From Paramoeba atlantica (lineage: Eukaryota; Protista; Discosea): 64,000 nucleotides of DNA. Of the stretch, positions 30,184 through 41,490 are shown in pieces (position 1 is the stretch's first letter; every line of letters starts with the position of its first letter). Position numbers and translations under genes: made by a program. The notes under the pieces are model-generated. The model had not been told where the DNA came from. It saw only the letters and a program-made list of their open reading frames with translations, and ran no database searches. The stretch is taken from NCBI GenBank assembly GCA_977017575.1, contig CDRNVI010000053.1, forward strand, positions 682,001-746,000, written 5' to 3'.

Positions 30184-32838
30184 ATGTCTGATGAGAGTGC
30201 GACAAAAAGTTCAACCAATGAAATAAACCCGAGCACTCGCGCGATTCTAAATTTTCCGGATGCTGAGTACCGGGTTTCACTTTCGAAATATATTGGCTAT
30301 CCTTGGCCCAAGCTATGGAAGACTTCTTTGCATAGCGTTACAATAGAGAAAATAATGGAAACATTGTATTCTTCGTCAACTGTATCCCGCGAAGTACTAG
30401 CTGAAAAGAATGACTGCACGTCCGACATTGACTCAGAGCTTTTATCAAACAAACTAAGCACGATTCATAGTGTTGCTACACCAGATACGTTAGACTTACA
30501 AAGGCTATGTGATTATGATATTAATTATGTTTCACCGAATAATGAGAAAGCTACGTTTAAAACTGGAAACGATACTTCTATCGATAGTTCAGACTACAAC
30601 CTATGCAAAAAAGGTTTTCAAAGTTCCTTTTCTGATCTAAACGAGATGAAAAAAGAAATGGATATCATCATGAGTGAAAAATTATCCACTGCCTCTAAAC
30701 CAATGAATCGAATCATAGAAAAATGCGAATGTACGCTACAAGAAATGTTAAGTGCAGCACAAGAATGTAATCAGCTTCACAATCAAGTTGGTGGTAAATA
30801 TTTTAAAGCGGCAGCTTGCAACGTCGGTTTCATGAGCCATGACACAAATATGAATCACGATATCTTCATATTGCTTAAAAGAATATCTTCAATTGTAGAA
30901 TCCGAGGTTACTATTCAAGCTTTGGTAATTGCTAACCAAATCCCTCGCGCTGTTGATATCTACTGTTATGCGCTAAATACCTTCAAGCTTCTGCACTCGG
31001 ATTTGCTCTGTTTAAATTTCCTTCGAAATCAACTTCTGCGGAGTCGATTATCTCTAATTGAATCTTTGGCAGATCATCTCGCAAGAGAAAATCTATCTTG
31101 CACGTATATGTCCCTGTCAAGCAAAATTGATGAAGGAAATGTATCACGTCGAAACGAATCTAAAAGTAAAACGAATCTAAGAGTAATTTTGCAATCTTTG
31201 GCTAGAATATCAGGTCTGGAAGACGCCATTCTTAATTTACGATCTCGTTTTCTTGAACTATCGGTCCAAAAAACGGAGCAATTATTTAGGCCTGACGAGC
31301 TTACGGCAGTTGACGAGAAATCACCTTCAGCGCATTCCATTGACGATTCAATTCGTTCAGAACTTATTTACATGCAAGCAAGTATGAACACAAATATTTT
31401 AGGTTTTCTTGAGACCGTAGAACAAACCACGAATACTATTAGGAAAGTTATGGAGCACATTGTTTTTGATGATGCCGAGTCTAATTTTGACTGTACAAAG
31501 CGAATTCTTAATGATATAAGCCCGGCAATTACTCGTCTTCAAGAAGGTCGTATTCGTTCGGTCTGGGCCACAAACAAAAACAAAATAATTGAATTGCGTT
31601 GGTCAGACTTCCAAACGTTTATTTCTACTGCAACACACCTTGTAGAATCTTTGAAAGCACTGAAATCGGATTCTGGATATTGTTTCGCGCTGGATATCCA
31701 GCCTACGAACTTATATGAAGACCTAGATGACATGAAACTTGCGTACATGTCTCATTCACACAGGAGGCATCTAAAGCGGCTGCATGACGCATGGGATACT
31801 TCTCGGAGACCTTTGAACGATTCGGCATTCGATAGCGAACAAATCAAAAGGTTCGTTCGTTCTTTAAATACTGCCTGTTCAGAATCAGAAATCATTGCCT
31901 TGCCGCAGCCTTCCAATACACATTCTCCCGAAATTGAAGGAGAACCAGAAAAATACAAAAATGGGGGTACACGTCTCTCTGTGTATTGTAGGCCGTTCAC
32001 TATAAACGAGGCAACTCGGGTCTTTCTGGAGATAGTTGCTGAGATTGACATTGTGGTGGTCGAGTTTCCATCTATGCTTTGTAAAGCGGTTGAATTTGTT
32101 TCCGAACTTCTGGCTCTGGCTCTTTCAAAAAATATAGAAGGTTTGCCAAAAGAATATGCATCAGAAATTGACGTTTTAACATCGAACTTGGAAATTCACT
32201 TCTTGGGATCACAAAATTGTGCGGTAATGTACATCGTTGGCAAAGAGATTTTAGAGCGGTGGACTAAAATAGATTCTCCTAACTTATCAAGAGATATTTT
32301 AGAACGTACTATTGCTGACGTTAAGAATAATGAATTCCAGTTTTATGAGACATTGATTACTATATTTCGACTTCGTTTAGAACGTTACTCTTCTCCGAGC
32401 GCCTTGGAATTGCGAACTCGTAATGTGAAGGAATTTCACTTTTGGGGGTTGAGCCTTATCGAAGAACTTCACGCATTTATAACCTCAGCAAAGTCTTTTT
32501 TGAATCCTACAGAACTCCAGTATCTCAAATTCCCCGCCATACATCAGCTTGGCCTCTATATTTCCAAAGAAATACAAGCACTTAGAAATAATTTAGAACA
32601 CCATTCCACATTCGATACTTTTTTTCGGGAAAGAATTCAGTTTTACACGAATAATCTCGCCAAATCAGAATATTCTTTTTCGCAGGCAAGGTCGCTTCAA
32701 GAAATTAAGATTAATGGAGAAACCCTTGGCGCCGATTCAAAAACTGAGGACATACTAGAAAATGTTTTTCCTTTTTTGCGAAATGAAAGAACCGTGAATG
32801 AATCCTTGCTGCAATTAAGAAAGGATGTAGATGCGTAA
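30184..32838 (+). CDS. Large helical protein, 884 aa; possibly a GARP/CATCHR tether subunit (Vps54-like)
   Basis: Long uninterrupted ORF with an N-terminal coiled-coil and helical body. The family assignment is a weak impression only. Confidence 0.75.
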   Translation: MSDESATKSSTNEINPSTRAILNFPDAEYRVSLSKYIGYPWPKLWKTSLHSVTIEKIMETLYSSSTVSREVLAEKNDCTSDIDSELLSNKLSTIHSVATPDTLDLQRLCDYDINYVSPNNEKATFKTGNDTSIDSSDYNLCKKGFQSSFSDLNEMKKEMDIIMSEKLSTASKPMNRIIEKCECTLQEMLSAAQECNQLHNQVGGKYFKAAACNVGFMSHDTNMNHDIFILLKRISSIVESEVTIQALVIANQIPRAVDIYCYALNTFKLLHSDLLCLNFLRNQLLRSRLSLIESLADHLARENLSCTYMSLSSKIDEGNVSRRNESKSKTNLRVILQSLARISGLEDAILNLRSRFLELSVQKTEQLFRPDELTAVDEKSPSAHSIDDSIRSELIYMQASMNTNILGFLETVEQTTNTIRKVMEHIVFDDAESNFDCTKRILNDISPAITRLQEGRIRSVWATNKNKIIELRWSDFQTFISTATHLVESLKALKSDSGYCFALDIQPTNLYEDLDDMKLAYMSHSHRRHLKRLHDAWDTSRRPLNDSAFDSEQIKRFVRSLNTACSESEIIALPQPSNTHSPEIEGEPEKYKNGGTRLSVYCRPFTINEATRVFLEIVAEIDIVVVEFPSMLCKAVEFVSELLALALSKNIEGLPKEYASEIDVLTSNLEIHFLGSQNCAVMYIVGKEILERWTKIDSPNLSRDILERTIADVKNNEFQFYETLITIFRLRLERYSSPSALELRTRNVKEFHFWGLSLIEELHAFITSAKSFLNPTELQYLKFPAIHQLGLYISKEIQALRNNLEHHSTFDTFFRERIQFYTNNLAKSEYSFSQARSLQEIKINGETLGADSKTEDILENVFPFLRNERTVNESLLQLRKDVDA

Positions 32839-33089
32839 AGTGCTGTAACGCACATAATTATAACCGCGGGGAACTTTTTTCTATCTCCTAGGTGTTGGAA
32901 ATGTGCAAGAAATATTATAATTCCTTTCCGATTTTAATTTTTCTGAGGTTTATCTTTCTCATTAGATAAGCTTTATGATTTTATAAGTGAGGCCACAGCG
33001 TTTAAAATTTTCTGTTCTGTCAATATGCAATCTGAGCATTGAACATTTTCAGCGAATCAATCTTCTTCTAACGAGCTTATATAGTTTTC

Positions 33090-34001
33090 ATGAAAGGAGA
33101 CACAAAAATTGGAATCGTTTCGAAAGAATCTTTTGAAAGTGCCACTTCAAGTGAGTGGGGAAGTGCCAGCTCAGAAGATCCCTGTTCCGAAATATTACGC
33201 GATGTCTCTTCTATGGATGCATCTAACTGTTCTCCTGTATGTGCAGCACATGTCGCGAACAGCTTACATTTTTATGACGAGCCAGATTGGGAGCACGAAC
33301 TTGAACGAGGAAATGCGTATTTCTATTTTTCTTGCAAGGTCGGACACACTCTCAGTCTAACTGAGAAGGATACTGTAAATTCGATAGTGAATCTTAGTAG
33401 TTTTCGTAACGAAGTAGACGAAAACAAAGTCCCCGCGTTCGATATCTACGATGACCGTGATGCCGCCTTGTACACTGTCGTACTCACGAAAGCGTGTTAT
33501 TTGGTTCCCGGCCTTACGATTGAGCTCCTCAAACCCGAATTTCTTGCATCTGTGGAATACCAAAGAAATTGTCAGCCCCGAAATTCGACCATCGAAACCG
33601 AAACTGCGGATCCCGTTACTTTCCGCTTTTCCAAGCCAGTGATTCGTTTTCTTTATTCGCTCACTGTTCAGTTTCGGGTTAGCGTTCTTTCAGACGAAGC
33701 GCTGCGATGTCTTGAAGTACTCCACGGAATGTCAATACAGCACGGATTACTTTTGGAACGCACGAAACGTACTCCTGGAAAAGTAGACAGCACTGCTAAA
33801 GTGAAATCCGTGTTACTGTACTCCTCCGTGTGCGGGGGACTTCTTGTCACCAACACAACTGCTGTATTAAACACGAGTATCCCGTCAATTGCATCAAGCA
33901 TTATGGGAACGTTGGCTTCCACGGCCTCGAAGGAGGTCGGGGAGACTGCGGAGCGCACTCGCGAATATATTTCAAAGGTATCTGGAAGTAATAAGATGTA
34001 A
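33090..34001 (+). CDS. Hypothetical protein, 303 aa (C-terminus weakly senescence/spartin-like)
   Basis: Uninterrupted ORF with a small-residue-rich amphipathic C-terminus; family uncertain. Confidence 0.65.
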   Translation: MKGDTKIGIVSKESFESATSSEWGSASSEDPCSEILRDVSSMDASNCSPVCAAHVANSLHFYDEPDWEHELERGNAYFYFSCKVGHTLSLTEKDTVNSIVNLSSFRNEVDENKVPAFDIYDDRDAALYTVVLTKACYLVPGLTIELLKPEFLASVEYQRNCQPRNSTIETETADPVTFRFSKPVIRFLYSLTVQFRVSVLSDEALRCLEVLHGMSIQHGLLLERTKRTPGKVDSTAKVKSVLLYSSVCGGLLVTNTTAVLNTSIPSIASSIMGTLASTASKEVGETAERTREYISKVSGSNKM

Positions 34002-34220
34002 TTTTGCATCAATATTGATTCCCATTGAACTGAGTTTCTGGTCCATATTTTTTTGTTGTAGCAAATTCAGTGGGCTTTCTGTGTGTTGCTTTTCTTACTC
34101 ATAGTTATCGTGTGTATATTTTTTTATCGCACGTAATGGTTAACAATGCAGTGTTTTCATCCTAATATCGTTGTACTTTATCTAACATAGTGCGCAATTA
34201 CTTTCTGAGACATTGACAAA

Positions 34221-35255
34221 ATGAGGTGTTTCTCCCTTCTCTATTCTGCGCCCACTGCGTGTAGAACTGTCATTGCTCGAGCCACAGGTGTACCATACAA
34301 TCTGGAGCGCATTGAAAAACTGGTTGCTGACAAGGAAATATCGTACAAAATCCTTCTCACGTTTCCGAACACAAAGCACAAGGGGCTTCCTTTACACAAT
34401 GAAGGTAAGCGACACCGTTCACTGCGCTTCATTGCGTTTGAGGCATCGCGACAAGGTGATCCATCCTACCCCGTGACACATTTTTTGCTACAAGAAGGCG
34501 TCCACGTGGCATGGGGTGCCTCACTTACAGACATGAACCTTGTGGAGCAACGTCTTGCCACACACAATGCTATTGCCTCCGAGCGGGCCGTATTCCAATC
34601 GCCACTCACGGAGTCGATGCACTACCGTTGTCACGCGGAATACAAAGCCGCAGGGGGCACTCGTCGCTCCGGTTCCTTCGTGGATGCCGATGCGGATAGT
34701 TTTGTTCTCCACGATGATGAGAATGTGTTAAACAAAGTGCCTTTTACTTTTGCTCTCGCCCAGAGCGCTCTGATTGATGCCACAAATGAGACCATGACAC
34801 CCACAGTGCGTCAAACACGCCAGTGGAGCCGGGAGGTCGTCGCCACCGGGACCTTGTGCTTCAGTTTGCGTCGCCTGCGTCAGCACAAGGCTATGATGAC
34901 ACTTGTTGCCACGGATGTGTTAGCTGGACGGGCATTGGACAAGCCTGCATTTTTTTGGTACGCCGCCTCCGGACCCCTCCGTCCGCTGTCACAGGTCTAT
35001 GGTGAGGCACAGGAGCATTTGGAGATCGACCGACGTCGCGACTTTCTACTGGAACGTCTGCGTAACGTCTCGACGACGATGGAATTTCTACTCGGGGAGC
35101 ACCATAGTGGGGTGTCGCACCGCTTGGAGTGGGTCATTATCCTTCTCATTATGGTGGAGGTTCTTTTCGCGTTGAATCATTTTGTTCATGATTCAAGGGT
35201 AGTAGACGAAGATGACTCAACCTCCACAACGAGAACTACAGTCTCAGAAGCGTGA
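34221..35255 (+). CDS. DUF155 (Rmd1/RMND1-like) protein
   Basis: HLEIDRRRDFLLERL...SHRLEWVIILLIMVEV signature with a C-terminal TM segment. Confidence 0.88.
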   Translation: MRCFSLLYSAPTACRTVIARATGVPYNLERIEKLVADKEISYKILLTFPNTKHKGLPLHNEGKRHRSLRFIAFEASRQGDPSYPVTHFLLQEGVHVAWGASLTDMNLVEQRLATHNAIASERAVFQSPLTESMHYRCHAEYKAAGGTRRSGSFVDADADSFVLHDDENVLNKVPFTFALAQSALIDATNETMTPTVRQTRQWSREVVATGTLCFSLRRLRQHKAMMTLVATDVLAGRALDKPAFFWYAASGPLRPLSQVYGEAQEHLEIDRRRDFLLERLRNVSTTMEFLLGEHHSGVSHRLEWVIILLIMVEVLFALNHFVHDSRVVDEDDSTSTTRTTVSEA

Positions 35256-35700
35256 AATCAACGTTTTGCTGTTAGCATGAGTAGTGTGTAAAACCTACGT
35301 AATTTCCATAATCTCTGAGCTTTTTCTGTCCGTTTCATGCGCTTAGAGCTCGAGTTGTGGTTCGGCATCTTATACTGAATAACCTTATTGGATTCTTGCC
35401 AAAGCTTTTTTAGCGTTCCCTTGTAATGAAGGAACTGATTACGGGGGAACTTTAGTCTACTACTAACTTATCCAAGTGCAACGTCAAAAAAATGATTATC
35501 TTGTTGAAGTCAAATGGAACTGTTAACTGAGGTGTATGAGACCGATTGTAATTTCTTTTGACAAATATTGCAGCTTTATGGTAAATAAAATTTACCAGTG
35601 TGTACATTTTTGTCTAAAACAGCTTTCCGATGTTTTTGACTCATCTTTTTCTGTTATTTTCAGTCAACTTATTTCAAATTTCATATAATCACTAGATATT

Positions 35701-36501
35701 ATGCTTCATCGCTGTGTCTCGTGGAGAATCAAAATTCATCGACGAAAAACAATTCAATTCAAAGGAGTTAGAAAAGCAGCTAAGCGAGAGCATCTAAATT
35801 CCAATCCTTACATTGCTCTAGGAAACCATTACGAAACAAGCGTATGCACGGGTCATGAGCTGGAGGCGTTTCAAAATTTTACTACCTACGCTTTTACTGA
35901 AGAAAATTCGCCTCTCATTCTTCACACGCGAAATTTAAGCGATTTGCCTCCCAATGAACGGCTTGAGGCCATACTTGACTTGATGCAGAAAAAGTGGAAA
36001 GGTCGTGATTATGTTAAATCTGTCGAAAAACTCCGTTTATGTACTCGTGCCGTACAGTGTTTTGAAGATCTTTGTCGGATGCATAGCGCAATGCTCTGTG
36101 ACTATGGAGAAGACTACCGCACACGTTTTGCTGATATTGTGGAGAGTATATGCGTTCTTGTACAACGCGTGCGAAACGATTTTCCCGAAGCCCCGGCAGC
36201 TCTTCTCTACACTGCGAAAGTATGTGAACTTATCGGCGAGGAATCCCTAGAGTCGCAGTGCTTTCGTACCGCTGAGTCTTCTATTAAAAGTCTTGATGAG
36301 CCTATTACCCCATCAAAGCTTTTTGGTCAAAACTTTCCTGGAATGAATAAAATATCAGATTCTTCCAAAGCGTTTGTTCCTAAGTCTTATTCCAAACCAT
36401 CTGGAGCATATGATACCACGCAAAATACGAAGGTACCGCAAAAAGCGTTATCACTTTTTGATCCTTCTTGCACAGTGCACGAAGAATTTGATTTAAGATA
36501 G
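35701..36501 (+). CDS. Hypothetical protein, 266 aa, probably mitochondrial
   Basis: Basic N-terminus (WRIKIHRRKTIQFKGVRK) and a helical body. Confidence 0.7.
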   Translation: MLHRCVSWRIKIHRRKTIQFKGVRKAAKREHLNSNPYIALGNHYETSVCTGHELEAFQNFTTYAFTEENSPLILHTRNLSDLPPNERLEAILDLMQKKWKGRDYVKSVEKLRLCTRAVQCFEDLCRMHSAMLCDYGEDYRTRFADIVESICVLVQRVRNDFPEAPAALLYTAKVCELIGEESLESQCFRTAESSIKSLDEPITPSKLFGQNFPGMNKISDSSKAFVPKSYSKPSGAYDTTQNTKVPQKALSLFDPSCTVHEEFDLR

Positions 36502-36792
36502 GTACGCATGGGGATATGGGTTGGTGTGAGAGCACCAAAATTCTACAGGTAGCAGCTCACATGTGCATTGGTAAATCTTTTAGTTTTTCTGCTTAATACA
36601 GTAGGCATTAAGCGGTTTGAACACTATTGAATATTCTCGCTTGCTTAGTCTTTGTATTCTTATCATTTTGTAAATATTTTGTAGTTTATTACTTATAATT
36701 TTCTATCATTACTACTGCAAATGTGGCTAAAATTTAAGTGAAGCGCGAGAAACCTCCATTCCTGACGCGCATCAATTATCTGTTTTTAGATT

Positions 36793-37788
36793 ATGAAACG
36801 AAAATTTGTTTCCCTAGGTGGATGGTGTGGGCCTGCATTGATTTTGGGAAAGCTTGGAGTACGAACGGAGGCTTACCCGTTCGACTTTTCTCGCGTCACA
36901 CTTGATGGTGTGTTAAATTTTCTTACCAATGGTTTTAATGAGGGATTCTTTCCTTTGGGTCCTCCATACCGCCCAGAGTGCGTCGGACCTTGGGTTCTCT
37001 TTCGCTCTCAACACTGCGCATTTGCTCACTTTGACCTAAACGACCCCTCCGTTCTTTCCGGTTTCCAACGGAAGTTTGACCGCTTCAACGCGTTGGTCGA
37101 TGGCAAAGACTCCAGTGTCACTTTTCTGCGAACCGTTACTGCACGGCATCCATTAGAGGAGATTTCCCTAATTCCGAAACTTGAAACTATAATTAAGAAA
37201 AGAAATCCACATCTGGACTACCGTGTTGTTCTTATTGTACACGATCAACCCGGGATGAGCACCACACAACATACCCCCTTGAGCGATCGATGTAGCCTTT
37301 GGTCTTTGCGCTACGACAAGTCAGCTCCCGACGCAAGTCTCTTTGATAAAACCTGTGCTGGATACGAACATATTGTTCGTGTCAGCGAAAAGCAAGAAAG
37401 CTGGCCGCCTTGTCAGGAGGCCAATGTGCCGAGTGAGTCCCAATGGTATCCCCACAACAATCTTGCACTGATTGATGGTATCGCAAGTGTGGGAGGGACC
37501 TGTGTAGGAGTGGGAAGTACCAAGCAGCACTCAGATGGAAAATGTCACTATTGTGGTGACATGACTTCACATAGCTCTAAGCATCCCTGGTTGCAGCCCT
37601 CCAGAGCGTTCTCCGTGGAGGAAGATGAAATTATTCTTCCCCATTTGTATCGTATTGTGGCAGGAGAGGATCGAGTAGAAGTTGTGGAGACGCTTGCCAA
37701 TCAGCTACACCGTACTGCTTGGGAGATTATTTCTCGAATTCAATTTCTTACGAATTCAAGCTCAAAAATTACCGATGGTTTGATGTAA
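36793..37788 (+). CDS. DUF1796 putative papain-like cysteine peptidase
   Basis: FVSLGGWCGPA...TEAYPFDF, HFD, F.RKFDRF, FLRT. Confidence 0.8.
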   Translation: MKRKFVSLGGWCGPALILGKLGVRTEAYPFDFSRVTLDGVLNFLTNGFNEGFFPLGPPYRPECVGPWVLFRSQHCAFAHFDLNDPSVLSGFQRKFDRFNALVDGKDSSVTFLRTVTARHPLEEISLIPKLETIIKKRNPHLDYRVVLIVHDQPGMSTTQHTPLSDRCSLWSLRYDKSAPDASLFDKTCAGYEHIVRVSEKQESWPPCQEANVPSESQWYPHNNLALIDGIASVGGTCVGVGSTKQHSDGKCHYCGDMTSHSSKHPWLQPSRAFSVEEDEIILPHLYRIVAGEDRVEVVETLANQLHRTAWEIISRIQFLTNSSSKITDGLM

Positions 37789-37914
37789 GTGTTTTACATT
37801 GTATATTCCTTTTGATTTGTTTTTTTATAAATGAGTAGTAAAAAGAGCACATACCTTATCTAAATTGTCTTTCTAGGGACTCGTCGTCATTTTGTAGATT
37901 AGACTTCATTTTCG

Positions 37915-39294
37915 ATGCGAGGCATCGGCTATACAATTTTTAGCAATTTCTTCACCGCGCTTACCCTTTTTTTCACGCTTCTTTTGAAGAGGTCCATTCC
38001 CGGTATTAGGTCTTCTGTACACCACGTTTCTCTAGCATCGATACACGCCTTAGTGGACTCCAATATCCACCTTGGTTTCGTAAGAAAGACCCATGATCCC
38101 ATTGCACCCTCTTCTTCCCCCATTTCCTTGAGTTCCAATCCCTTTGGCGGGTTCGGACCGCACGATCTCATCGACTTTAGCGGTATCCTCTCTGATCGCC
38201 TCGAGCCAACTTCCCCATCTGATTCCACAAACCCCCCATCAACCTCTCCAAGCTTTTCCTTTTCGGGAGGTCTCACCAACGCGTTCTGCATAAGCGGGCC
38301 ACTAGCCGGCGACGACTGGTCGGCCAATTTCACGGCTGCCACAACGGCCGTGGGGACGCAATTCTCCGATCTGTTCACTCGCATGCACTCCATGGCTGAG
38401 ATCCTCCGACGTGTCGTGCAGGCTGAGATCACCGCGATGCACGGGGAGCGTAACGAGACCTACGTGGGGTACGAGCCCCTGGTGGCTCGCATGCTTGCCG
38501 CCTTCGCACAGCTTTCCTATTGTGACCTGTCCCGTCTGAACCGGCTCGTGGCCAATCCCATGGACGGGGTTGACTTCTCCCACCTCTCGTTTGTTCGGTC
38601 GTGGGAGTGGTCCGAGGCGGGGATGGGGGCGTATGTCGCGCTGGAGCAGCTCCACGATCAGGTTCATCACCGGCTCGTGCTGGCGTTTCGGGGGAGTGAG
38701 AATTTTCAGAACTGGTTCACCAACCTTAACGTTTTCTTTACGACGTTGGAGGCCTGCGATGGGTGCAGAGTGCACGCTGGGTTTCAAAATATGTGGGATC
38801 AAATACGAAAGGATGTGATTGGGGCACTGAATGATATTCTGGATGAGGAGAACATTCGAGAGTTTCTAATAACCGGGCACAGCTTGGGAGGTGCGATAGC
38901 CGTACTCGCGAGTCTAGATTTGGTTCACATGTGGGATAGAAAGGCAAAGCCACGGTCGGGATTCCGCGTGTATACCTTTGGTCAACCCCGTGTGGGCAAC
39001 ATGCCTTTCGCGAGACATTGTAAGGAGGAATTGTCAGGCCGTGCTTTTCGCGTCACAAGGGAAGGAGATCCAATTGTTCGACTCCCTGGGCAATCACTGG
39101 GTTACCACCACGCTCCGCATGAGGTATACTACGACAGCACTGGCCAACGTTACGAAAGCAACGATCTTCAGCGTGACGAAGAGGAGGAAGAAGGGCTCGG
39201 ATTGAGTAACCCGTACTTTAACCCACTCAAATACGACCCTATTGGTAGTCATGTGAATTACTTTGGGCTTCAGATTTCTCAATGTGTCACTTAG
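37915..39294 (+). CDS. Class 3 lipase with an N-terminal hydrophobic signal/anchor
   Basis: LVLAFRGS, VHAGF, ITGHSLGGAIA, YTFGQPRVGN, DPIVRLP, YHH. Confidence 0.93.
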   Translation: MRGIGYTIFSNFFTALTLFFTLLLKRSIPGIRSSVHHVSLASIHALVDSNIHLGFVRKTHDPIAPSSSPISLSSNPFGGFGPHDLIDFSGILSDRLEPTSPSDSTNPPSTSPSFSFSGGLTNAFCISGPLAGDDWSANFTAATTAVGTQFSDLFTRMHSMAEILRRVVQAEITAMHGERNETYVGYEPLVARMLAAFAQLSYCDLSRLNRLVANPMDGVDFSHLSFVRSWEWSEAGMGAYVALEQLHDQVHHRLVLAFRGSENFQNWFTNLNVFFTTLEACDGCRVHAGFQNMWDQIRKDVIGALNDILDEENIREFLITGHSLGGAIAVLASLDLVHMWDRKAKPRSGFRVYTFGQPRVGNMPFARHCKEELSGRAFRVTREGDPIVRLPGQSLGYHHAPHEVYYDSTGQRYESNDLQRDEEEEEGLGLSNPYFNPLKYDPIGSHVNYFGLQISQCVT

Positions 39295-39680
39295 AGTATT
39301 CCGTTATTTTGGTTGATCGTGTATGGCACACATCTCATTTTTTGGAGCCGGTCAGAGACTGGTCTTTGCTTGCTTTTCTTTTTTTTAGAGCCGTTAGAGT
39401 CTAGCGGTTAGACGATTAGATTGGGCATCTGCATAATTTACTGCAATCAGTTTAATCAGATCAACGATTTGTCACACCTTTCTCGTGATACAAAGTCGCT
39501 GTCAAATGCGACAAAGCTATTTAGGATCCCATTTTCACTACTTTCTATTTGTTAAATAGGCGGGGACATATTTTTTTTATTCTTCCTATTCATGAAAGTA
39601 AATAGTGACGTCCTAAAGCGACCCAAATAGTGCTGACCTAAAGCTAAGTAGTCTACACTTGTTTTAGCTGGAGTTGGAAC

Positions 39681-41432
39681 ATGGTGCACTTTAGAGATAC
39701 TTTTACGGAGGAGGTCTTGGAAGAAGTACGCGAAAAGCGCGAAAAAGTCTCAAGTTTATCTGTGGACGAGTTTTGCGAAATGCATCGCATACAGTTACGC
39801 TCTTCTCATCCTTTCTTTTATCCTCCACTGCATCATGAATCGTACTCTTCGTTAAACATGCCGGCATTCCTTTGTGGCGACTTTTCGAAGCAACTGACAT
39901 CTGACGAAGTAGGAACTGATCACGCTCCTAGTTTCTCAGAGAGTGCGATCTGGCCGTTGATTCTTACAGGGTCCAGTCTAGCGATCATTGCTGATCATAG
40001 ATTTGATCCTCAAATTATTTTTCCACCTACTGTCCTTCATGTGCTAAGTCAACCTCTTGTAGAGCACGGGGAAAGTCCCAGAGTGGTGTACTTTGTCTCG
40101 ACATGTGCTCGTGTTGAACCCGTTGTTTATAACCTACGTCGGCTCGGTGAAGCCAGTAAGGTAACCGTGCAGGGAATAAGCTCGCTGTCGTCAGACATAT
40201 TCACCGAGGATCATCGGTGTCCTGATATCATTGTGGGTACCCCGGGCCTTTTGAAATATTTTCAAAGCGAGCTTTGTGAGATGAATCGCATTTCCTTGGT
40301 AATCATAGAGAATTTTAACTATCATGTGTCAATCGGGCATCTAGAAGAATACATTACCTCGGTTGTACAGAAAAGATGCGCATCAGATGCTCAAGTTGTT
40401 GCTATTGACAACTTGGATAACGTGGATTTGCAATTTATTCCAAGGTTTAAGAAGCGCGAATCAAAAACAAATTATTTTCTACCGGAACAAGCATTCGCGG
40501 AGTTCTTTGGGTCCTTTCCTTTCATTGAAGTTCGCTTTAGTGAGCAAAATCATATCATAGAAAGCAAATCAACGGATCACAATAGCGCGAAAGGCGAAAA
40601 ATCTGCTATTGGCTCCATTTCAGTTTCGAAGTCTGGCGATGCAAAAAGTGGATATCTTAAGCATTATTCGAAGCATCCTAGTCGCTTTCTTGTTCTAACA
40701 AACTTGGTATCACCGGGCTTTCAACCTCTTGCCTTAGATCTAGGCTTGCAGTGCTCAACTGCACTATTTTATCGGTTTCTAATTCAGGGAAACAACGAAA
40801 TTAAAAGTCTTGTTCTTGACGTTAAAAATTTGGATAAATGTAAACGAAGTTCTAAGGCCTCATCCGCAGATGCTGCTTCATTCCTGTTTGCTTGCATTAT
40901 AGATTTTGGAAACTATAACACGGATTCTGCACTTGTTTCTTACCGGCGTCTGCATGGCAGTCTGTATAACAATCGCGTAGTTTCTGCATACTTTGCCAGT
41001 ATTGAAGATGAAATATATGGACCTCAAGGTGCTCATGATCAATCTTCTACACGACATCTTAACTCAATAAATTTGCTCAACGGGACGGATTTATTTAATC
41101 TTCCCTATCTTTATCCTCACAGGGTAGTTCGTGTACAATTTAAAAATGAAGGTCGGCATGTATCAGCTTCTTTCCAACATGAAATCACTCGAGAACTTGA
41201 GATTTACGGTAAGATAAGAAAGGTACTCTTTTTAAAAACAACAACAGACTCTTTCGCACAAAGTGCAGAATCAGGTACGGGATATGTTTTAGTCGAATAT
41301 CAATCCATACTCTCTGCGCATGAGAGCATACGATGCATAAATGGGAATGTGAACACGAGTTCACTTATTCGGTCGACTTTGTATGACCACCAACGATACC
41401 TTCGAGGTGATCTAAGCGCAAGTGATAAGTAG
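39681..41432 (+). CDS. Degenerate DEAD-box-like domain plus C-terminal RRM/UHM
   Basis: DIIVGTPGLL (motif Ib-like) with no GKT or DEAD. C-terminal ELEIYGKIRKV...GYVLVEYQSILSAHESIRCING resembles a U2AF65-type RRM. Confidence 0.7.
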   Translation: MVHFRDTFTEEVLEEVREKREKVSSLSVDEFCEMHRIQLRSSHPFFYPPLHHESYSSLNMPAFLCGDFSKQLTSDEVGTDHAPSFSESAIWPLILTGSSLAIIADHRFDPQIIFPPTVLHVLSQPLVEHGESPRVVYFVSTCARVEPVVYNLRRLGEASKVTVQGISSLSSDIFTEDHRCPDIIVGTPGLLKYFQSELCEMNRISLVIIENFNYHVSIGHLEEYITSVVQKRCASDAQVVAIDNLDNVDLQFIPRFKKRESKTNYFLPEQAFAEFFGSFPFIEVRFSEQNHIIESKSTDHNSAKGEKSAIGSISVSKSGDAKSGYLKHYSKHPSRFLVLTNLVSPGFQPLALDLGLQCSTALFYRFLIQGNNEIKSLVLDVKNLDKCKRSSKASSADAASFLFACIIDFGNYNTDSALVSYRRLHGSLYNNRVVSAYFASIEDEIYGPQGAHDQSSTRHLNSINLLNGTDLFNLPYLYPHRVVRVQFKNEGRHVSASFQHEITRELEIYGKIRKVLFLKTTTDSFAQSAESGTGYVLVEYQSILSAHESIRCINGNVNTSSLIRSTLYDHQRYLRGDLSASDK

Positions 41433-41490
41433 GAAACTATACCTCTGAGGTTTTTCAGAGGCTATTACATTGTAAAGAAATTTAGGATTA

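Noticed and set aside
39390-39440. tRNA-like D-arm (gtct-agcggtt-agac)
   Set aside because: No T-arm/B-box or acceptor-stem partner follows.
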